Source: an uncultured Spartobacteria bacterium (lineage in GTDB: Bacteria; Verrucomicrobiota; Verrucomicrobiia; Chthoniobacterales; UBA6821). Taken from it: a DNA stretch of 64,000 nucleotides. The notes under the pieces are model-generated. The model worked only from the letters and a program-made list of their open reading frames with translations. It made no database searches and was not told the DNA's origin. Position numbers and translations under genes: made by a program. Below are positions 57,601-64,000 of the stretch, piece after piece. The stretch lies in contig CAIPWR010000108.1 of the NCBI GenBank assembly GCA_903868795.1, forward strand, positions 5,589 through 69,588. Reading direction: 5' to 3'. Position 1 is the stretch's first letter. Every line of letters starts with the position of its first letter.

Positions 57601-57715
57601 CAATGTCTTTGAGATCAACCGAGATCTCAAAGAGGAGATTCAGGCCCACGTTGACAGCATCATCGCTGATGCCGTTGCTGGAGTGATCGTACCACCTGAT
57701 ACTCCAGCGGAATGA
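54641..57715 (+). CDS. res: Type III restriction enzyme Res subunit (SF2 helicase plus PD-ExK nuclease)
   Basis: ATGAGKTT, LNDEAHHC, SATPF and QVIGRALRR helicase motifs. The C-terminus has RPDFIV...IVEIKG. Confidence 0.85.
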   Translation: MSEFFEKPILNSPYERPAKHWELDQDGQPTQKIIDERRKVKFITPIPKPKKRRRGQRELDLHAGTEEQRYSEDLINEIRRLVDEWREYPRNLWQVTPETARLLEHWRHHNFASVRPFFCQIEAVETLIWLTEVAPNSERGKKLIKSLEASNEESNPGLYRLALKLATGAGKTTVMSMVIAWQTVNAVRRSTSKQFTKGFLIVAPGLTIKDRLRVLQPNDPDNYYSTREIVPQDMLGDIQKARIVITNYHSFKLRERLELSAAGRALLTGRTGEALQTKESEGQMLQRVMPELMGMKHVLVLNDEAHHCYQEKPPEPDDEELKGEDKKEAAECNEEARLWISGLKIVQEYLGINRVIDLSATPFFLKGSGYAEGTLFPWTMCDFSLMDAIECGIVKLPRVPVAENITGPQQLPIYRDLWPHIGKELPTGSSRGNAELDPQQLPPLLTTALESLYGHYKKTFDLWEDKGIEIPPCFIIVCQNVDISRLVYEYISGYYRTDDRTGTSTLVNGHFELFQNFDKQTCNPLAKPNTLLIDSRQLESGEALDDKFRKVAADEIERFRRDKIERSGDPRAGENISEQELLREVMNTVGKPGKLGAGIRCVVSVSMLTEGWDANNVTHILGVRAFGTKLLCEQVIGRALRRQSYELNEENLFNVEYADIYGIPFDFTGKPVVAEPQPPRQTVLVQAVRPDRDPLAISFPRVDGYKIDLPEENLTASFDENSYMDLNSTIVGPTEVQTSGIIGQTEEMTLEHLREVRRSTVIYRLTQHLLMNKFRDSGGEPKLHLFGQLSRIVREWLEGGYLRCSGDTQEGLLLHLYLADRACNKIERAITSSLLGTRPVKAILSPYNPVGSTSNLKPFPTSKPTWDTVGRGNPKNHVNLVVLDSDWEGEFCRVVENHPKVIAYTKNHNLGFEVPYLLGSDVHRYRPDFIVLVDDGRGSKDPLHLIVEIKGYRGEDAVEKAGTMKTYWIPGVNYLGTHGRWAFAEFRNVFEINRDLKEEIQAHVDSIIADAVAGVIVPPDTPAE

Positions 57716-58728
57716 GCGTAGGCAGGCTACCATCGCTCTTCCTGTTATCTACCGATCCGGTCGGAGGGATCTGGTTTCCTCCGCGTGCCAAGGATCAAGC
57801 TAATAAACTGCGCAAATGGCACTGGGATGGGAAGCGGATACACTGGTCTCCGGATAAGCCCGAAGGAGCTGATCTTAAGGAGGAGTTCATGGGACGACTT
57901 CTTGATACAGTTGAGAAGTACCGAAAGGCAGCCCCTCAGTCTTTCCTGAAACTCAGCGGGACTTCGAAGACCGGTGTTACCTGGTCCCTGCCTGCCGTGG
58001 GTGCCTGCCCACAGGTCGATGAAACATGCGGCACCTGCTATGCGCTCGACGGATTCTACCGGACCAATATCGCGGCACAAGTTGGGCGTGTCATGAGGCT
58101 GGAATATCTAAGGGATCTTATCGCAAAGAAGCGTCTTGGAGAGTGGATCGATTGGGCCTCCGATACAATAGGACGGCTTCGTCCGATCGAGGCTGTTCCA
58201 AAGAAGATCTCACTCGATGCGCCACTGAGTGAAGCCATACCAGCCAACCACAAAAGAGTGTCCTACATGAGATGGCATGACTCGGGAGATCTCTTTCATG
58301 CGGAGTATGCCAAGGCGGTGCTCGAGGTCTGTAGGAGGACACCCGAGGTATTGCATTGGATGCCCACCAGGATGGGATCTCTCTTGGCAGGCTTACTGGC
58401 TAAGGGAGAGAGGCTTCCACCCAATCTCGCGGTCCAGGTGAGTTGTCATCGGGGAGGCATTCTTGAGAAGGCCCAGCACGCCGCGATCAGTGAGATCCGG
58501 TCCCACCAGCCCACGGCTAGGGTCGGAATGACTTATGCCCATACTGGGAGTAAAAGCAGGATGGTTACTCCCGCAGAGGTTCGATCTTCCTATGGAGAGA
58601 CGGCGTCTCTCTGTCCCGCCACAGTTGCTAAGAAGAGTGAAGATCGTGTCTGCACAGGGTGCAGACGTTGCTGGGCTCAGGCTCAGCCCGACTCTCCCAT
58701 CATTTATGCTATTCACCTAGCAAACTAG
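57712..58728 (+). CDS. three-Cys-motif protein (phage Gp37/Gp68- or GP88-like; uncertain)
   Basis: TWSLPAVGACPQVDETCGTCYALDGFY gives the pattern C-x7-C-x2-C-Y-A. ATGA overlap with res. Confidence 0.45.
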   Translation: MSVGRLPSLFLLSTDPVGGIWFPPRAKDQANKLRKWHWDGKRIHWSPDKPEGADLKEEFMGRLLDTVEKYRKAAPQSFLKLSGTSKTGVTWSLPAVGACPQVDETCGTCYALDGFYRTNIAAQVGRVMRLEYLRDLIAKKRLGEWIDWASDTIGRLRPIEAVPKKISLDAPLSEAIPANHKRVSYMRWHDSGDLFHAEYAKAVLEVCRRTPEVLHWMPTRMGSLLAGLLAKGERLPPNLAVQVSCHRGGILEKAQHAAISEIRSHQPTARVGMTYAHTGSKSRMVTPAEVRSSYGETASLCPATVAKKSEDRVCTGCRRCWAQAQPDSPIIYAIHLAN

Positions 58729-58739
58729 GTACCAACAAC

Positions 58740-59810
58740 ATGCCATCGGAAAAAATAACCCCCACTAGCAAGAGCAAACGAAAACTCGGAATTGTCTCTC
58801 TCTACGCAGGTGCAGGTGGCCTGGATATTGCGGCCTGCCGTACAGGGATGGTCGAGGCAATTGTCTCTACGGATGCGAATGCGACATTCCTATCTACCAT
58901 AGAGAAGAATCTTCCCGTTCATTTTCCAGAGGTGCGTCATGCCTCCATCGTGGAGGACGGCACGACGATCAAAGGATCAGTTCTGAAAAAACTCCTTGGT
59001 TACACCCCAGATATTGTTATGGGAGGTCCTCCATGCGATGATTTTACATCTTTAGGTAAAAAAAGAGGGCTTGCTGGTGAAAAAGGAAATCTTATATATC
59101 AATATTTGAGAGTTGTTAATGAAATAAAACCCAAAGTTTTTATTTTCGAAAATGTTCCTAATCTTGCGAAGCAGTTTAGAAGAGCCTTTGAGACTTTTCT
59201 ATCGGATGCAGAAGGTATGGGTTACCATATTAAATGGGCTCTTTTAAAAGCCTGTGACTATGGTGCTCCAACATCAAGAACAAGAATTTTTGTAGTTGGT
59301 TGGAAAAGCCAAATTAATAATAGTCGATACCAGTTTCCAAATGTAACTCATAGAGAACTTAATTTAGAGCAAGCTGAGTTGTTAAATAGCGATGAAACTA
59401 TGCCGATGGTTTACATTAGAGACATCCTGCAGTCATTGCCTGATGTTGGAACAAATGAAGCTGAAAAGTTTTTAAATCATGTTGGAAGGCCTCATCGGCC
59501 AGAAACAATAGAGCATTTAAAAACGGTGCCAATGGGTAAAAGTGTAAAGAAGTCTTATAGATACAGGTCTCCTTGGGATGGTTTAATTCAGTCTCTTACT
59601 GCAGGAGTTGATTATGCCACTAAGTCATATATTCATCCGATATATCATCGTGAAATGTCAGTGCGAGAGTACGCTAGAATACATGGATTCGCTGATTCAT
59701 GGGACTTTTCAGGAACTCACCACAATGGAATTAAACAAGTAGCAAATGCAGTTCCAATTCCACTTGGTAGTGCAGTTATCAAATCTGTTGCACAAATGCT
59801 TTCTAAATAA
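58740..59810 (+). CDS. DNA (cytosine-5)-methyltransferase
   Basis: Motif I LYAGAGGLD, motif IV GGPPCDDFT, motif VI FIFENVPNL, and motif X QVANAVPIPLG. Confidence 0.9.
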   Translation: MPSEKITPTSKSKRKLGIVSLYAGAGGLDIAACRTGMVEAIVSTDANATFLSTIEKNLPVHFPEVRHASIVEDGTTIKGSVLKKLLGYTPDIVMGGPPCDDFTSLGKKRGLAGEKGNLIYQYLRVVNEIKPKVFIFENVPNLAKQFRRAFETFLSDAEGMGYHIKWALLKACDYGAPTSRTRIFVVGWKSQINNSRYQFPNVTHRELNLEQAELLNSDETMPMVYIRDILQSLPDVGTNEAEKFLNHVGRPHRPETIEHLKTVPMGKSVKKSYRYRSPWDGLIQSLTAGVDYATKSYIHPIYHREMSVREYARIHGFADSWDFSGTHHNGIKQVANAVPIPLGSAVIKSVAQMLSK

Positions 59811-59813
59811 AGT

Positions 59814-62591
59814 ATGAAAAAGAAAAACGATAAAAAGAAGATTGAAGCACTAACTCATAAAGAGGCTAAGAGAGCTAATATTCCTACAGTTGAACATCAA
59901 TCGGTAATATCTGACGAGACCTCTATTATAAAAAAACGCACATACAAAAGAAATGCGGAATTAGATCCTCAGCTTTTATGGCATGGAAAAGATGAACAGA
60001 ACTGGAGTGATCTAGTTGTTGATGCACCACCAATCTTTATACAAGAAAAAATACATCCCAAGGCGCTAATTGACGACCTTCAAAGAGTTGCTAGAGCGAC
60101 AAAACATGAAATTGGGGAGATAACTGCAGATCTCTTTGAAGATTTTGATGGAATACCTCACGGGGTTGATAAAACGGAGTTTTATTCTCATGACCAAAAC
60201 TGGTCTAACAGGATGATATTAGGAGACTCTCTCCAAGTTATGGCTAGTTTAGCCGAACGCGAGGGTTTGCAAGGCAAAGTTCAATGCATCTATTTTGATC
60301 CCCCTTACGGGATAAAATTTAATAGTAATTTTCAGTGGTCTACAACAACACGCGACGTCAAAGATAATAAAGCTAATCATATAACGCGAGAGCCAGAAAT
60401 GGTTAGAGCCTTCCGAGATACTTGGCGTGATGGAATACATAGCTATCTTACTTATCTAAGAGATAGAATGACCGTAGCTCGCGACCTTCTTTCTAATACG
60501 GGGTCTATTTTTGTTCAGATAGGTGATGAGAACGTGCACTTAGTTCGATCATTGCTAGATGAAGTCTTTGGTGAACAAAACTTTGTGAGCCAGATTGCAT
60601 TCAAAAAGAATCTACCTCTAGGTTCGAGAACTCTACCCGGAATATATGATATTATTCTTTGGTATGCAAAAGACATAGACCAAGCAAAAATTAAGAAGCT
60701 ATATGAGCCAAAACCAATTGGATTGGGTACGGGATATACTTGGATCGATGATGGTAATGGTAGAAGAAGAAAAATGTCTTCGGAAGAAAGGCGGGATTTA
60801 ACACTATTACCAGAAGACTGTCGGCCATTCTTTACCAGCGATTTAGCGTCATCTGGTTATACGCCTACATGCTTCTTTGATATCGATTTTAAGGGAAAGA
60901 TATTTAGAGCAACCAAGCGAAGCTGGAAAACTAATAAGACTGGTATGCAACGATTAATCAAAAGTGATAGAATATTAGCGCCTGCAACTCTGCCAACGTT
61001 TGTTAAATTCTTTGATGATTTTCCCGCTAAAGAGATTCACAACTTGTGGGATGATACACATGGTGCAACTGATCTAATATATGTAGTTCAGACTTCTAAC
61101 AAAGTAGTCCAGCGGTGTATACTTATGGCTTCTGATCCAGGCGACTTAATTTTGGATCCTACATGTGGTTCCGGAACTACCGCGTATGTTTCAGAGCAAT
61201 GGGGTCGTCGTTGGATTACAATTGATACTTCGCGGGTGTCACTTGCATTAGCGCGCAGTAGAATAATGGGTGCACGCTATCCATTCTATCTTCTTGCCGA
61301 TTCACCCGAAGGACAAATCAAGAAAGGAGAATTGACTGATACAGCTCCCAGTACCCAGCTCACGCATGGAAATATTCGTCACGGGTTTGTTTATGATAAA
61401 GTTCGTCATGTTACGCTTAGATCCGTTGCGACAAATACAGAGATAGATTTTATATGGGAAAGCTTCGAGGAAAAGCTAGCTCATCTAATGCAAGAAATTA
61501 ATAACATTCTTGGTACATCGTGGCAGGAATGGGATGTTCCAAGAGATGCAATTATTTCATGGCCTGATAATGCCAAAAAGCTTCATGCCGATTGGTGGAA
61601 AATCAGAATTAGTCGCCAGGAAGAAATTGATGCCTCAATTCTAACAAATGCTGAGTTCGAGGATCTTGTTGATAAACCATTCGTAGACGAGAAGCGAGAT
61701 CGCGTAGCTGGACCTTTTTCTGTTGAGAGCCTTAGCCCACATCGGGTTCTGGGAGTAGATCATGATGGGAGCCTGATTGATCCGCTCAAGATTGCCGAAC
61801 AGGCACCTGGCTATGGGGAGCTTCGGACCTTTGAGCAGATGATCTTGGATAATTTACTCAAGGCCGGAGTCCAACAGCGTGATAAGAAAGACCGTATCAC
61901 TTTCGAGTCGATCGAGGCATGGCCAGGGGGACGCTACCTTTGCGCCGTTGGCACCTTTAAGGAAGGCGATGCAGAAAAACGCGCTGGTATCTTGGTGGGG
62001 CCGGAATTTGGAACTGTTTCTAGGCCTGATCTTGTTGAGGCAGCAAGGGAGGCGGGTGATGCGAAGTTCGATGTGCTGATCACCTGTGCCTTTAACTACG
62101 ATGCAATGGCCACGGAGTTCAATAATCTAGGTAAGATCAAGGTGCTCAAGGCCAGGATGAATGCCGATCTTCATATGGCAGGAGAACTCAAGAACACAGG
62201 GGCAGGGAATCTCTTCGTGATCTTTGGGGAGCCGGATATGGATGTTATTGATGAGAAAGACGGCCTCATAAGAATCCATGTGAAGGGAGTCGATGTATTT
62301 GATCCAACTTCCGGAGAGGTTCGTAGTGATGATACCGACGGCATCGCTTGCTGGTTCATTGACACGGACTACAACGGAGAGAGCTTTTTCGTGCGCCATG
62401 CCTATTTCCTGGGACAGAAGGATCCGTACAAGGCGCTCAAGACGACGCTCAAAGCAGAAATCGACAAGGAGGCATGGGAGACCCTGCATAGCGACATATC
62501 CAGGCCCTTTGAACGGCCCAAGAGCGGCCGTATTGCCGTGAAGGTGATCAACCACCTCGGCGATGAAGTGCTCAAGGTGCTCAAGGTCTAA
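59814..62591 (+). CDS. mod: Type III-like Mod DNA methyltransferase (beta-class N6A/N4C)
   Basis: IYFDPPYGIKF (motif IV) precedes DPTCGSGTTA (motif I). 925 aa. Confidence 0.8.
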   Translation: MKKKNDKKKIEALTHKEAKRANIPTVEHQSVISDETSIIKKRTYKRNAELDPQLLWHGKDEQNWSDLVVDAPPIFIQEKIHPKALIDDLQRVARATKHEIGEITADLFEDFDGIPHGVDKTEFYSHDQNWSNRMILGDSLQVMASLAEREGLQGKVQCIYFDPPYGIKFNSNFQWSTTTRDVKDNKANHITREPEMVRAFRDTWRDGIHSYLTYLRDRMTVARDLLSNTGSIFVQIGDENVHLVRSLLDEVFGEQNFVSQIAFKKNLPLGSRTLPGIYDIILWYAKDIDQAKIKKLYEPKPIGLGTGYTWIDDGNGRRRKMSSEERRDLTLLPEDCRPFFTSDLASSGYTPTCFFDIDFKGKIFRATKRSWKTNKTGMQRLIKSDRILAPATLPTFVKFFDDFPAKEIHNLWDDTHGATDLIYVVQTSNKVVQRCILMASDPGDLILDPTCGSGTTAYVSEQWGRRWITIDTSRVSLALARSRIMGARYPFYLLADSPEGQIKKGELTDTAPSTQLTHGNIRHGFVYDKVRHVTLRSVATNTEIDFIWESFEEKLAHLMQEINNILGTSWQEWDVPRDAIISWPDNAKKLHADWWKIRISRQEEIDASILTNAEFEDLVDKPFVDEKRDRVAGPFSVESLSPHRVLGVDHDGSLIDPLKIAEQAPGYGELRTFEQMILDNLLKAGVQQRDKKDRITFESIEAWPGGRYLCAVGTFKEGDAEKRAGILVGPEFGTVSRPDLVEAAREAGDAKFDVLITCAFNYDAMATEFNNLGKIKVLKARMNADLHMAGELKNTGAGNLFVIFGEPDMDVIDEKDGLIRIHVKGVDVFDPTSGEVRSDDTDGIACWFIDTDYNGESFFVRHAYFLGQKDPYKALKTTLKAEIDKEAWETLHSDISRPFERPKSGRIAVKVINHLGDEVLKVLKV

Positions 62592-62594
62592 AGA

Positions 62595-63860
62595 ATGAGT
62601 GTTACGGCGACTGTTCTCTTCGGCAAACCACAGCATGAGATTCAGAGTCTCATAGAGGAGAGCATCTCTAAGTCTCTCACTACGAGTATCGTAACAGGGT
62701 TCGCCACACCTGGAGGGCTAAAAGCAATTGAGGAGCCAATTAAGGCGGTGCCCGGGAAGATCTCAACAATAATTGTTGGTGCTGCTACATACCCAGGCTT
62801 TGTAGCGCTTGATGACCTTAATGCAGCCGGGGTTCCTCTAAACCGTCTTTTTATCCATCTGGGTCATACTCGAGAGTCGGGAACCTACAAAAATCCTGTA
62901 GTGCGTTTTCACCCGATGCTGCACAGTAAGATTTTCTACATGGAGTTTCCGGACGCCAAGGCTTGCGCCTTTATTGGCTCCCATAATATGACGTCATTTG
63001 CTCTCAAGGGACTGAATGGGGAGGCAGGTGTGATGCTGGAGGGGCCATCAAAATCACCAGAATTTCAAAAAGTCAGGGATCATATCGAAGAGGCAAAGAC
63101 TCAGGCGGTTAACTATTCTCCTGGTATGAAGGATGCCTACGCCTGGTGGGCACGCGAGTACCTGGATGGAATGAAAGCGGAGATGAAAATACCGATTGAG
63201 TCCACAATGGGGAGGACGATTCTGATCTTTGCGAAGGTCGAGGGCAAAGAGCGCCCTCAAGATGGGCATAACGTCTATTTCGAGATTCCGGCAGGTATTG
63301 ATCAAATCGAGTCGATGAAGACGGAGATGCATTTGTTTCTCTTTGCAACACTACCGGCTGACCCCTGGACGGCGTTGAATACTGTTCCCGAAGAGTCCTA
63401 CACTTGCCAGATCCAAGGTGTGGAAAATGAACAAGGTAACAGAGAGGTAGCAGCTGACTGGAGAATTACAGGAACAACTCCCCCTGTGTTGCATGATGTG
63501 CCGACAAAACGATATCGCCCCTTAACGCGAAAAGGAAAACAACAGGTCAGAGCAAAGGTTATGAAGAGTGGTGTCACTTCATACGAATATTTCTTTGAGC
63601 AGAAGAAGGACCGATGGGAACCGTTGTACTCAGATGCTCCTGCAATCTATGGCTATAGGAACTCCCTCAAAGGTAATCCCAATCAGAAGGTCTCACCAGA
63701 TCCTGATGATCCTAAAGCCGAAAATGGATGGAAGCTGGTCACGGGACTTGTATCCCATGACAGATCAAATAAAGAAAAGGATATGAAAGCTCTGGAGCTT
63801 GTACTGCCAGACTCTGGATCATTCATCCTCGTCTCCCTTAGGAAAAGCAAGAAGGCCTAG
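62595..63860 (+). CDS. PLD/HKD-superfamily nuclease-like protein
   Basis: A single HKD-like motif, HSKIFYMEF...FIGSHNMT. Confidence 0.65.
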   Translation: MSVTATVLFGKPQHEIQSLIEESISKSLTTSIVTGFATPGGLKAIEEPIKAVPGKISTIIVGAATYPGFVALDDLNAAGVPLNRLFIHLGHTRESGTYKNPVVRFHPMLHSKIFYMEFPDAKACAFIGSHNMTSFALKGLNGEAGVMLEGPSKSPEFQKVRDHIEEAKTQAVNYSPGMKDAYAWWAREYLDGMKAEMKIPIESTMGRTILIFAKVEGKERPQDGHNVYFEIPAGIDQIESMKTEMHLFLFATLPADPWTALNTVPEESYTCQIQGVENEQGNREVAADWRITGTTPPVLHDVPTKRYRPLTRKGKQQVRAKVMKSGVTSYEYFFEQKKDRWEPLYSDAPAIYGYRNSLKGNPNQKVSPDPDDPKAENGWKLVTGLVSHDRSNKEKDMKALELVLPDSGSFILVSLRKSKKA

Positions 63861-63887
63861 TACCTAAGAAAAGAACACTCTAAATCA

Positions 63888-64000
63888 TGAAATTCCTGAT
63901 TGCAGATACTTTTACATCAAGTCTGGCCCGTTTGATGGCTGACGAACAGAAGGCCGTCAAGACGACGGTCTTTGATCTGCAGACAAACATCGAGCATCCA
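63888..64000 (+). CDS. hypothetical protein, N-terminal 37 codons only
   Basis: An ATG ORF (MKFLIADTFTSSLARLMADEQKAVKTTVFDLQ) runs off the window. From memory, it resembles N-termini of helicase-type defence proteins, but I could not verify this. Confidence 0.4.

Noticed and set aside
1-64000. Visual search for tRNA/tmRNA genes, rRNA, CRISPR arrays, and intact transposases or integrases.
   Set aside because: I saw no regularly spaced direct repeats, no T-arm-like GGTTCGAATCC-type motif in intergenic regions, and no DDE or tyrosine/serine recombinase catalytic motifs in the ORF track. This was by eye only, and tRNAscan-SE, ISEScan or CRISPR-detection tools could overturn it.

Overview
The window is 64 kb from a Gram-negative-type genome (lipoboxes, LolA-like and MMPL genes; roughly 50-60% GC by eye, with low-GC inserts). 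It splits into four blocks. (1) 1-19.8 kb is an aryl-polyene/flexirubin-like type II PKS-lipid gene cluster. It has an adenylating ligase, ACP, KS plus a CLF-like KS, a FabA/Z-like dehydratase, PlsC- and LpxL-type acyltransferases, GT2, a CE4 deacetylase, a methyltransferase, a LolA-like protein and an MMPL exporter. Unusually, it also has three flavin-dependent halogenase-like genes. (2) 19.8-25.4 kb holds umuD-orf-umuC on the minus strand, preceded by three co-oriented genes of unknown function. (3) 25.4-50.2 kb is an accessory region with almost no recognisable families, and it is the best candidate for an undescribed system. Three paralogous BCS1-like AAA+ ATPases all end in (I/L)GFAA. They sit in a mirror-image locus with signal-peptide Gly/Tyr/Cys-rich proteins, two paralogous M50 (site-2-protease-type) metalloproteases and two YbjN-like proteins, and share a recurring CGACAC..GTCG hairpin motif. 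The same region contains a WYL regulator, an orphan CysO/ThiS-like ubiquitin-fold protein, a 68-aa protein matching the C3HC4 RING spacing next to a P-loop NTPase, a DUF433/DUF5615 toxin-antitoxin pair abutting a truncated gene, and a candidate structured RNA with tandem GAAA-tetraloop hairpins. (4) 50.4-64 kb is a composite defence island: DUF2130, a Z1-domain protein, Type III Res, a three-Cys protein, a C5 cytosine methyltransferase, Type III Mod, a PLD/HKD nuclease and a partial downstream ORF. A sharply AT-rich block runs through dcm and mod. I recognised no rRNA, tRNA, CRISPR array or intact transposase/integrase by eye. All calls come from reading motifs in the supplied translations and the DNA; no searches or folding programs were run.
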